A stretch of 12,821 nucleotides of DNA from assembly GCA_031409335.1 (NCBI GenBank), contig JANNWY010000142.1:1-12821 (forward strand), given 5' to 3'. Positions 1-7,174 of the stretch are shown here, in pieces. The translations under genes were made by a program, and so were the position numbers. The notes beneath the pieces were generated by a model. It searched no databases. It was not told where the DNA came from and saw only the letters and a list, made by a program, of their open reading frames with translations. The first letter of the stretch is position 1. Every line of letters begins with the position of its first letter. Source of the stretch: Chthoniobacteraceae bacterium. Lineage in GTDB: Bacteria; Verrucomicrobiota; Verrucomicrobiia; Chthoniobacterales; Chthoniobacteraceae.

Positions 1-134
1 GGGGGTGTGTTGTGGGGCTGGGTGGGCGCCCCCCGCCCGGGGGGGGGGGGGGGCGCGCGGGGGGCGGGGGGGGGGGGGGGGGGGGGGCCCCCCCCCCCGC
101 CCCGCCGGCCCCCCCCCCCCCCCCCCCCCCCCCC
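1..134. other. Low-complexity poly-G/poly-C tract, probable sequencing or assembly artefact at a contig end
   Basis: Long G and C homopolymer runs. Normal coding sequence of the minus-strand gene turns abruptly into poly-G (poly-C on +) below position 135, as expected for two-colour Illumina read tails. Confidence 0.85.
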
Positions 135-843
135 ACGGCGCGAGATCCACCGCTTTCCCGGCATCCTTTGCCGCGAAAAAATCATCCGTGTCGGTGAAGC
201 CGATGTCGCACACGCCGCCCGCCACCGCGTCTTTCACGGCGGCGTTGCCGTTGAGTTCCACGATGCCGCGCTCGCGCGCGCCGCGATGCCACGCTTTCAA
301 TCCATCCGCGCCGAGCGAATGCCACAGTACCGCGTAGTGCGTGAGCGTGGTGCCGTAGAGCGGCTTCGCGATGGCGACACGGGAGAGATCGCCTGCGAGC
401 CGCGCGGGGATTTGCTCGGCGGAAATGCGCGCGGGATTGAAAATGAAAACCCGCATCCGCGCGGCGAAGCCCGTCCACCGCCCGTCGGCATCGCGAAATT
501 TTTCCGGGATGCGCTGCCAGCCCGGCCCTTTGTACGGCTCCAGGATTCCGCGCTCCGCGAGGTCCATCGTGCCGAGCAATTCGTTGTTCCAAAACACATC
601 GCAACGCGGGGTGTCCTTTTCGCTCACGAGCAATTCCACGAGCCCGAGCGATTTCGTGGCCTCGGTGTCGAAACGGATCGCCACCGGAATCCCGGACCGC
701 TTTTCAAACTCGCGCAGGATTTTTTCCGAGTGAATCGAATCGTGCGCGCAATACACCACGAGCGGCACTGGTCCGCGGCGCGCGAACGCCCACCACGCGA
801 CAAAGAGCGCGAGGACGGCGGCGGCGGGGAAAAGGCGGCGCAT
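1..843 (-). CDS. ABC transporter substrate-binding protein, iron(III)-binding AfuA/FbpA-like family (3'-partial; reliable part 136-843)
   Basis: Hand translation from ATG 843: MRRLFPAAAVLALFVAWWAFARRGPVPLVVYCAHDSIHSEKILREFEKRSGIPVAIRFDTEATKSLGLVELLVSEKDTPRCDVFWNNE...DGRWTGFAARMRVFIFN...VAIAKPLYGTTLTH...CDIGFTDTDDFFAAKDAGKAVDLAP. It has an N-terminal hydrophobic segment and LVVY..., FEK..GI.V, P.CDVFW, DG.W.G...R.RV motifs typical of this family. There is no stop before the window edge, so the ORF track omits it. Confidence 0.85.
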   Translation of the reverse strand, partial: MRRLFPAAAVLALFVAWWAFARRGPVPLVVYCAHDSIHSEKILREFEKRSGIPVAIRFDTEATKSLGLVELLVSEKDTPRCDVFWNNELLGTMDLAERGILEPYKGPGWQRIPEKFRDADGRWTGFAARMRVFIFNPARISAEQIPARLAGDLSRVAIAKPLYGTTLTHYAVLWHSLGADGLKAWHRGARERGIVELNGNAAVKDAVAGGVCDIGFTDTDDFFAAKDAGKAVDLAPWGGGGGGGGPAGRGGGPPPPPPPRPPRAPPPPRAGGAHPAPQHTP

Positions 844-845
844 GG

Positions 846-927
846 CTTTGAAAGTTGGACGTTGGACGTTGTTCTCCGCGCTAGGGCTAACGTTCAACTT
901 CCAACTTTCAACGTCCAACGTTCAAAG
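846..927. repeat. Inverted arrays of degenerate heptamer tandem repeats
   Basis: Left arm 846-870 is ctttgaaag-ttggacg-ttggacg-tt. Right arm 889-927 is aacgttc-aacttcc-aactttc-aacgtcc-aacgttc-aaag. The reverse complement of 903-927 matches 846-870 at 22 of 25 positions. Confidence 0.85.
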
Positions 928-965
928 CGACTGATCGCGCGGGGTCCGTGGACCGAAATCAATAG

Positions 966-994
966 TTGTCTCGCTAGTCTCGCGCAGCTACGTC
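966..994 (+). promoter_or_regulatory. Possible weak sigma70-type promoter for the helicase gene (possibly leaderless transcript)
   Basis: TTGTCT (966-971), 17-bp spacer, TACGTC (989-994), then 6 nt to ATG 1001. No Shine-Dalgarno is visible. The -10 match is imperfect. Confidence 0.25.
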
Positions 995-1000
995 CTCCGA

Positions 1001-2218
1001 ATGTCATTTCAGGATTTTGGATTACTAGACACGGTCGTGCAGGGCGTCACTGCGATGGGCTACGCCGATGCGACGCCCATTCAGTTGCGCGCCATCCCCG
1101 CCATTCTCAATGGCCGCGACGTGATGGGCAGCGCCCAGACCGGCACCGGCAAGACCGCGGCGTTCGGCCTGCCCATTCTCACGATGCTCGAAACCCACGG
1201 CAAGATGCGGGCGCTCATCCTGGAGCCCACGCGCGAGCTGGCGGCGCAGGTCGAGACGGCGTTCCGCGACTTCGCGCGCTTCATGGATTTGAAGATCGGC
1301 CTCGTCCACGGCGGCGTCGGCTACGGACCGCAGCGCGAAATGATCGCCGCCGGTCCGGACGTGCTCGTCGCCACTCCCGGACGCCTGCTCGACTTTATGG
1401 AAGACGGCACCATCAAGCTCAATGACATCCAGTATCTCGTGCTCGACGAGGTGGATCGCATGCTCGACATGGGCTTCCTCCCGCAAGTGCGTCGCATCGT
1501 GGAAAAAGTGCCCAAGAAGCGGCAGACGTTCTTCTTTTCCGCGACCCTGCCACCAGAGATTCAGACGATGACCTCATGGGTACTCACGAAACCCGAGGTC
1601 ATCGAAATCGGCGCGCGCTTCAGCCCGGCCGAGACCGTCACCCACGCGCTGTATCCCGTCGCGAAAGATCAAAAGTTCGACCTCTTCCTCGCCCTCCTCG
1701 AGCGCACGAATTACGACAGCGCCATCGTCTTCACCTCCACGAAAGTGATGGCCGATCGCGTGGCCATCCGCCTTCGCGAAAAGAAACACGCCGTCGCCGC
1801 GCTGCATTCCAATCGCACCCAGCGCGAGCGCATCGAGGCGCTCGAAGGCTTCCGCAGCGGGAAGTATGAAGTGATGGTCGCCACCGACATCGCCGCCCGC
1901 GGACTCGACATCGCAGGCGTCTCGCACGTCATCAATTTCGACGTGCCCGGTCATCCCGAAGACTACGTCCACCGCATCGGCCGCACCGGTCGCGCGCAGA
2001 ATGTCGGCGACGCTTTCACCATTTTCACCGCCGAGGAAATCGACCACGTCCGCGCCATCGAGCGCTTCATCGGCATGAAAGTCCCGCGCCTCAAGCTCGA
2101 TGGCTTCCCATACATTTACACCGCGCTTTTTAATGAAGACGCGATCCCGGCGGGCGGCGTGGGCAAAGGCGTCCGCACCCTCCGCGGCTACACCTTTGGC
2201 GGTCGCAAGAAGCGGTAG
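1001..2218 (+). CDS. ATP-dependent DEAD/DEAH-box RNA helicase (RhlE-like)
   Basis: Q-motif (GYADATPIQ), motif I AQTGTGKT, Ia PTRELA, GG doublet, Ib TPGRLLD, motif II DEVD, III SAT, V ARGLDI, VI HRIGRTGR, and a short basic C-terminal tail. Confidence 0.97.
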   Translation: MSFQDFGLLDTVVQGVTAMGYADATPIQLRAIPAILNGRDVMGSAQTGTGKTAAFGLPILTMLETHGKMRALILEPTRELAAQVETAFRDFARFMDLKIGLVHGGVGYGPQREMIAAGPDVLVATPGRLLDFMEDGTIKLNDIQYLVLDEVDRMLDMGFLPQVRRIVEKVPKKRQTFFFSATLPPEIQTMTSWVLTKPEVIEIGARFSPAETVTHALYPVAKDQKFDLFLALLERTNYDSAIVFTSTKVMADRVAIRLREKKHAVAALHSNRTQRERIEALEGFRSGKYEVMVATDIAARGLDIAGVSHVINFDVPGHPEDYVHRIGRTGRAQNVGDAFTIFTAEEIDHVRAIERFIGMKVPRLKLDGFPYIYTALFNEDAIPAGGVGKGVRTLRGYTFGGRKKR

Positions 2219-2259
2219 CCGCCCGTCTGCACAGCCACCTCACTGACCCTTGCCGCACG

Positions 2260-2505
2260 ATGACTGATTCGCCTGTTCTTGACGAACTCGCCGCCGCGCT
2301 CCGCACGCGGCTTGCCGTGATCGCCGACCGCGATCTCTATGCGCGCGATCCCGCTTTGCATCTCGAAAAACTGCGCGACGCATCCGCGCAGATCACCGCG
2401 CTGCGACCGCGGCTCCCCGCGCCCGTCGATCCGCAGCTCGCGCACTATCTCGACCGTTGCAGCTACGACAAGGCGCTCGCGTTTTTGGAAAACGCGCCGC
2501 CCTGA
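2260..2505 (+). CDS. Small hypothetical helical protein (81 aa)
   Basis: ATG-started ORF filling the gap between helicase and sigma genes, with host-like GC-rich third positions and an amphipathic helical pattern (LAHYLDRCSYDKALAFLE). Confidence 0.75.
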   Translation: MTDSPVLDELAAALRTRLAVIADRDLYARDPALHLEKLRDASAQITALRPRLPAPVDPQLAHYLDRCSYDKALAFLENAPP

Positions 2506-2523
2506 AATCCACGCCACCTTTTC

Positions 2524-2551
2524 CAAACAAAAGCGGCGGGCCGCGGCGTTT
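2524..2551 (+). promoter_or_regulatory. Putative ECF-type (autoregulatory) promoter
   Basis: CAAAC (2524-2528), 18 bp, CGTT (2547-2550), 12 nt upstream of the sigma ATG. AAC/CGT are the general ECF -35/-10 cores, although the spacer is slightly long. Confidence 0.35.
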
Positions 2552-2562
2552 CGATACTGAAA

Positions 2563-3087
2563 ATGAATCGGCCTCAATCCGAATACATCAGCGGGGAACC
2601 GTGGCAGACTTGCTACGCGCAGCTCGCTCCGAAACTGCTCCTTTTCGCCCGGCAATGGGTCGGCTCCGTCGCCGATGCGGAGGATGTGGTGCAGACGGCG
2701 TTCGTGAAATTTTGGCGGCATCAGCCGGACGCCGGGCCGGAGCATTATCCCCTGCTCTACTCCGCGGTCCGCAGCACCGCGCTCGATTTGCTCCGCGCCG
2801 ATTCGCGCCGCGGACGCCGCGAGCAGTTCGTCGCGACCGATCCCGATGAACCGTTTTTTGATCCCACGATCGAGCACCGCGAAAACTCCGATCTCATCCA
2901 CACGGCGCTGCAACAATTGCCCGAATCGCAGCGCGAAGTCCTCGTGCTCCGCATCTGGGGCGATCTCACGTTTGCCGAAATCGCCACCGCCCTTGGCGGC
3001 TCCATCAATACGGTCGCATCCCGCTACCGCTACGCACTCGACGCGCTGCGCCGCATCCTGAAACCACATGAATATGAACGAGCCTGA
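2563..3087 (+). CDS. ECF-family sigma-70 RNA polymerase sigma factor
   Basis: Region 2 (DAEDVVQTAFVKFW...LLYSAVRSTALDLLR) and region 4 (ALQQLPESQREVLVLRIWGDLTFAEIATALGGSINTVASRYRYALDALR); 174 aa with no region 3. Confidence 0.96.
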   Translation: MNRPQSEYISGEPWQTCYAQLAPKLLLFARQWVGSVADAEDVVQTAFVKFWRHQPDAGPEHYPLLYSAVRSTALDLLRADSRRGRREQFVATDPDEPFFDPTIEHRENSDLIHTALQQLPESQREVLVLRIWGDLTFAEIATALGGSINTVASRYRYALDALRRILKPHEYERA

Positions 3088-3547
3088 TTTTGAAAACCAA
3101 CTCCGCGCGCTGCGCCCGCTCGCGCCTTCCGCTTCGCTGGAGGAAAACATCGCGCGCGAGCTCACATCGCCGCGCGCCATCGCCACGGTGGAAAGTCGCG
3201 GGGAAGCGCCGGGCTTTTTCGAGCGCATCTTTCCGGGGCTGCGCTGGGCATTTGCGGGTGCGGCTGGAGCGGCGGCGGTCTTGCTCGCGATGGGCCGCTT
3301 GCAACCGCCGTCGGTTTTGCCCGCCACGCAATCCGCGTCCGCCGATTTTGAAACGGTCGAAGTCACGCGCGATCTTGTGGCGGCGGAAGACGGCGGGCTG
3401 GTCTATGAGGACGAAGACGAGCCGGCGCGGCTCGTGCGCTACACCACGATCGAGCGTCACGTCTGGACCCATCCAGGCTCCGGTGCGCGCCTCGAAGTCG
3501 AGATTCCGCGCGAAGACGTCGTCATCGTTCCAATCGCGATGCAGTAA
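3068..3547 (+). CDS. Putative single-pass transmembrane anti-sigma factor (start 3068 or 3074)
   Basis: Overlaps the sigma gene end. It has a short N-terminal helical domain (FENQLRALRPLAPSASLEENIAREL), one hydrophobic segment (WAFAGAAGAAAVLLAM) and a beta-rich C-terminal domain. The function is inferred from position and topology. Confidence 0.8.
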   Translation: MNMNEPDFENQLRALRPLAPSASLEENIARELTSPRAIATVESRGEAPGFFERIFPGLRWAFAGAAGAAAVLLAMGRLQPPSVLPATQSASADFETVEVTRDLVAAEDGGLVYEDEDEPARLVRYTTIERHVWTHPGSGARLEVEIPREDVVIVPIAMQ

Positions 3548-3559
3548 AATTCACAGATT

Positions 3560-4627
3560 ATGAAAAAAACACTCCACCATTTCCTCACCATCACCACCGC
3601 GCTCAGCGCGAGCATTGCCATCGCCCAGGAAGCGCCGGGAGGACCGCCGCCCGGGAGTGAAGGCGCGGGACGCCGTGGCGATGAACGCAGACCGGACGGC
3701 GCGCGTCCGCCTCGCGCGGATGATTTTGGCCAGCCAGAGCGCCCCGGTCTTCCGGGCGCACGCCGCGATCGCCAGGAGCCCGCCGAGTCTTCCAGGAATG
3801 ACATCGCCCCGCGTCCGGCCAAGCCGCAGCCGTATCTCGGCGTCACGACCAGTCCGCTCGATCCGGCCCTCACCGCGCAGCTCGGCCTCACGCCGGGACT
3901 CGGCCTCATCGTCGAGGAGATCATCCCCGACGGACCGGCGGCGAAAGCGGGGGTGCAGGCACTCGATGTCATCAAGCAGGTGAACGATCAGCTCGTGAGC
4001 AATCCCGCGCATTTGGCCGCGCTCGCCCGGCATTTTGGCAAAGACACCGAGGTGACGCTGCTCGTGCTCCGCAAGGGCCAGGAGCAAAAGGTTCCGCTGA
4101 AAATCGGTGAGCGCGTGATGCGCGATCCCGCGGCGATGAGGATGGAAATGTTTGGCGGAATGGGCATGGGCGGGCAGCCATTTGAGCGGCGCGGCGAGGC
4201 GGCGCGGCGAAACGGCGACGACCCGAACCGCCCTTCCCGCGAGCCACGCGATGGCCAGGCGACTCCGTCGCAAAAACGGTCCGCGGATCTTTTCCGCGAA
4301 GTCGGCCCCGGCGGCGCGCCCGCGGTGCAGTCGTTTCAAGATCGGGTGAGCACGACGTGGAGCACCGCGAATGCGAAGGTGATGCTGAAGGATGCGAGCG
4401 GTGAAATCGAAGTCCGCTCCGACAATGGCAAACGGACGATGACCGCGAAAAATCCGAAAGGCGAAACCGCATTCGACGGCCCGATCGACACGGACGAGCA
4501 GCGCAAGGCGATCCCGGCTGAGTTTCGCAAAATGCTCGATCAAGTCGAAGTCCGCTCGCGTGGTGATCGGCGCCCAGCGGGACCCGAAGGTCCCAAACCG
4601 CCGCGCGGCGAGCCGAACGTGCAATAA
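3560..4627 (+). CDS. Secreted PDZ-domain protein without a protease domain
   Basis: Signal peptide (..ALSASIAIA/QE) and an HtrA-type PDZ domain (PYLGVTTSPL...GLIVEEIIPDGPAAKAGVQALDVIKQVNDQLV...VTLLVLRKGQ). It has Pro/Arg/Gly-rich linkers and a small C-terminal domain. No trypsin GNSGG motif is present. Confidence 0.9.
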   Translation: MKKTLHHFLTITTALSASIAIAQEAPGGPPPGSEGAGRRGDERRPDGARPPRADDFGQPERPGLPGARRDRQEPAESSRNDIAPRPAKPQPYLGVTTSPLDPALTAQLGLTPGLGLIVEEIIPDGPAAKAGVQALDVIKQVNDQLVSNPAHLAALARHFGKDTEVTLLVLRKGQEQKVPLKIGERVMRDPAAMRMEMFGGMGMGGQPFERRGEAARRNGDDPNRPSREPRDGQATPSQKRSADLFREVGPGGAPAVQSFQDRVSTTWSTANAKVMLKDASGEIEVRSDNGKRTMTAKNPKGETAFDGPIDTDEQRKAIPAEFRKMLDQVEVRSRGDRRPAGPEGPKPPRGEPNVQ

Positions 4628-4668
4628 TACGATTCACCCAGACGCCCTCGGAAAGCCCGAGGGCCACG

Positions 4669-4794
4669 AAAGCTGAAAGCCCTTGGACTGCGGTGATTCC
4701 TTCACCGCTTTCGCGAGCCACCGGGCCACAACAGCAAGCCGAACGTTATTTAGAGCGGTGAAGGAATCACCGCAGTCCAAGGGCCTTCGGCTTT
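4669..4794. repeat. REP-doublet (REPIN-like) inverted repeat between convergent genes; may also act as a bidirectional terminator or mRNA stabiliser
   Basis: Perfect 31-bp inverted repeat: 4679-4709 (gcccttggactgcggtgattccttcaccgct) and 4754-4784, with a 44-bp spacer. Each arm has its own hairpin GCGGTGA-N5-TCACCGC. Imperfect pairing extends to 4669/4794. Confidence 0.85.
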
Positions 4795-4801
4795 TCCAGC
4801 G

Positions 4802-5770
4802 TTACTTCACCTTTTCCGCGGGCTTGGTTTCGTCTTTCGCCTCCGGCTTCGCCTCGCCGATCATCCGCTGCACTTGCTTGATGATCATCTCGGCGCGCTG
4901 ACCGGACTCGGACTTCGCGTCGATCGCCTTGATTTCCTCCATCAGTTTTAGCACCGCGAGATTGTCCTTCGGCGGACGGTAGGTATTCAGCACCGCCATC
5001 AAGGCTTCCTGCTTCTGCACGTCCGTCGCTTTCGGATGCGCCGCGATGAACTCGTCAGCCTGCTTTCGAGCACCGCCCGCCTCGCCTTTCTGCGCGGCTT
5101 CCATCAGTTTCGCTTTCATCGCTTCCAAGTCCGATTTGAAAGTGAATGACGCAGTCACTCCGTTCTCATCCTTCGGATCGAGCTTCGCGATTTCCGCGAC
5201 GACCGCCTTGTAGTGAACGGTTGCGAGATCGAAATCGAGCGCCTTCAAACCATCCGCGAGGAACTTTGCCTTCTCGCCGCCCTTCGCACCTTCCGCTTTT
5301 TTCCAAGCCTCATCGCGCTTCGTCTTCACCGCGCGCAGTTCATCGAGATGCTTTAGGTAAGCATCCGGGCCGCCCTGCTGATAACCCGTCTGCGCATAGG
5401 GTCGGCCAGTGGCATCGGCGAGCACGATCGAGGGAAAACCCTGGATGGCGAACTGCGTCTGCAGCTTCGCATTTTGCTCCTGCACTTCCTTCGACAGCTT
5501 GCTCTTGTCCTTCGGGAAATCGAGTTCCACGAGCACAAAATTTTTCGGCGCAGCCGTCTTGAACCCATCGAGATCGAAGACCTCTTTTTTCAGCTTGATG
5601 CACCAACCGCACCAATCCGATCCGGTGAAATCGATGAGCAAATCCTTGCCCTCTTTCGCCGCCGTTTGTTTGGCCTTTTCAAATTCGTTCACCCAGAGCT
5701 TGTCGTCGGCCAGCAAGGATGAAGCGAGTGCCCACCCGAAGGTGGCCGTTAGGAGGAGTCGTGTGCTCAT
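4802..5770 (-). CDS. Exported thioredoxin-family protein (WCGWC) with helical C-terminal extension
   Basis: The likely start is ATG 5770, giving the signal peptide MSTRLLLTATFGWALASSLLA/DD. Thioredoxin motifs: AKQTAAKEGKDLLIDFTGSDWCGWCIKL, FVLVELDFP, cis-Pro FAIQGFPSIVL, TGYQQGG. A Lys/Ala/Glu-rich helical tail follows. Confidence 0.93.
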   Translation of the reverse strand: MSTRLLLTATFGWALASSLLADDKLWVNEFEKAKQTAAKEGKDLLIDFTGSDWCGWCIKLKKEVFDLDGFKTAAPKNFVLVELDFPKDKSKLSKEVQEQNAKLQTQFAIQGFPSIVLADATGRPYAQTGYQQGGPDAYLKHLDELRAVKTKRDEAWKKAEGAKGGEKAKFLADGLKALDFDLATVHYKAVVAEIAKLDPKDENGVTASFTFKSDLEAMKAKLMEAAQKGEAGGARKQADEFIAAHPKATDVQKQEALMAVLNTYRPPKDNLAVLKLMEEIKAIDAKSESGQRAEMIIKQVQRMIGEAKPEAKDETKPAEKVK

Positions 5771-5889
5771 GGGCAGGATGAGACACCCGGGGCGGGCCAT
5801 CGCTCAATCCTTATTTCCATCACAATTTTTTCACAAACTGCTGACGCCCGCATGACACGTCCACTTCGCGGATGCGCGAGTCTGCCGGC

Positions 5890-7158
5890 ATGAAAACGCA
5901 TCTACTCCTTGTCGGCGCGGGCATTCTCGCGCTGCATCTCACCGCCATCGCCGCCGAACCCGCGGACTATGTCGCCCACGAATGGGGCACCTTCACTTCC
6001 GTTCAGGGCTCGGATGGCGTGCAACTCGATTGGAATCCCCTCGTCACCACCGAGCTTCCTGCGTTCGTCTATGATCGAAACCGAATCCGCACCAACGGCA
6101 AACCTTCGCCTGCGATCCTTTTGTCAAAAACGGCGTTCGTCGCGCGGCAGCGTTTGGAGACACCGGTGATTTATTTCTACAGCGAGCAGGAGCGCTCGGT
6201 GGATGTCAGCGTGAAATTTCCCGAGGGAAATGTGACGGAGTGGTATCCGCAGCAGAACCCGCTGCCCGCGGCGATCAGGAAGGCCGGAGAGCCGGCGGCG
6301 CGCTGGGAAAAATTGCGCGTGCTCGCGGCTGGCGCGAAGGCTCCCGCGTTTCCCATGGAGGAAAAAGGCAGCCACTACTACGCGGCGCGCGTGGCCGATG
6401 CGAGCGCAGTGCAGATCAAGGTCCCGAATGCTCCGGCGCAGACGGAAAATTTTCTGTTCTACCGCGGCGTGGGGCAATTCTCGGCTCCGCTGAAGGTGTG
6501 GCTCGAAGACGCGGAAAGGGAAACTTGGCGCGCTGGAAATTCCGGGACCGAGCCGCTCACCGGGCTGCTGCTCTGCGAACTTCGCGAGCGCGAAGGTCGG
6601 CTGTTGCTCGTGGGAAATCTCGGGCCCGGAGAAGATTCCGCGCTGCCTCTGCTGCGCCGTGAAGCATTCCTCCCGCTCGCAGAAGTGAAGGAACAAATGC
6701 GCGCGCAGATGCGGAAATCGCTGATCGCCGCCGGGCTCTACGCGCAGGAAGCCGACGCGATGCTCAACACGTGGGATGACTCGTGGTTTTCCGAGCAAGG
6801 CGTGCGCGTGCTTTACGTGCCGCCGTGGCAGTGGGCCGATCGCGTGTTGCCGCTTTCGCTCAATCCGGCACCGCGCGAAGTGGCACGCGTGATGGTCGGT
6901 CGCGCGGAAATCCTGACGCCCGCAATGGAGAAAGCGCTCACGCAGGAAGTGGAGCGCTTCCGCACCGGCGATGAAGCCACTCGCGCGATCGCGCTAAACA
7001 ACGCGCGCTCCCTCGCCCTCGGTCGCTTCGCCGAACCCGCCGTCCGCCGCATTTGCCTCGCTGATCCGAAGAATCGTGACTTTAGCAATGCCGCGTGGCA
7101 GCTCCTGAACGAAGCGTTTGCGCCAAAGCCAACCGCTCCCGCGACGGCGGCAAGATAG
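5890..7158 (+). CDS. Secreted hypothetical protein ('HEWGTFT' motif)
   Basis: The likely start is ATG 5890 (signal peptide [23 protein letters not shown]). Long ORF with host-like codon use and distinctive blocks [79 protein letters not shown]. Confidence 0.88.
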   Translation: MKTHLLLVGAGILALHLTAIAAEPADYVAHEWGTFTSVQGSDGVQLDWNPLVTTELPAFVYDRNRIRTNGKPSPAILLSKTAFVARQRLETPVIYFYSEQERSVDVSVKFPEGNVTEWYPQQNPLPAAIRKAGEPAARWEKLRVLAAGAKAPAFPMEEKGSHYYAARVADASAVQIKVPNAPAQTENFLFYRGVGQFSAPLKVWLEDAERETWRAGNSGTEPLTGLLLCELREREGRLLLVGNLGPGEDSALPLLRREAFLPLAEVKEQMRAQMRKSLIAAGLYAQEADAMLNTWDDSWFSEQGVRVLYVPPWQWADRVLPLSLNPAPREVARVMVGRAEILTPAMEKALTQEVERFRTGDEATRAIALNNARSLALGRFAEPAVRRICLADPKNRDFSNAAWQLLNEAFAPKPTAPATAAR

Positions 7159-7174
7159 CTCGCTGCCAGGACTG

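Noticed and set aside
1..197. Gly/Pro-rich ORFs (5..337, 12..197, start of 7..1425) and a possible G-quadruplex or G/C hairpin
   Set aside because: They derive from homopolymer runs that interrupt a normal gene at the window edge; most likely a sequencing artefact.
846..927. Heptamer repeats as a CRISPR array
   Set aside because: The units are 7 bp and contiguous with no unique spacers, and no cas genes are present.
7..1425. 472-aa plus-strand ORF
   Set aside because: It is the antisense shadow of the SBP gene and then overlaps the helicase out of frame. It starts in artefactual sequence and has no recognisable motifs.
3560..4627. Calling the PDZ protein DegP/HtrA
   Set aside because: No trypsin-like domain or GNSGG catalytic motif is present.
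2188..4721. Long minus-strand ORFs 2188..3366, 3551..4624 and 3972..4721
   Set aside because: They are antisense to well-supported plus-strand genes; long shadow ORFs are expected at this GC content.
4683..4901. 72-aa ORF over the inverted repeat, or the repeat as IS ends
   Set aside because: The ORF is a translation of the palindrome and overlaps the thioredoxin gene antisense. The 44-bp interior cannot encode a transposase, and no target duplication is evident.
5771..5889. Longer starts at 5800 (thioredoxin) and 5872 (HEWGTFT protein)
   Set aside because: ATG 5770 and ATG 5890 give cleaner signal peptides.
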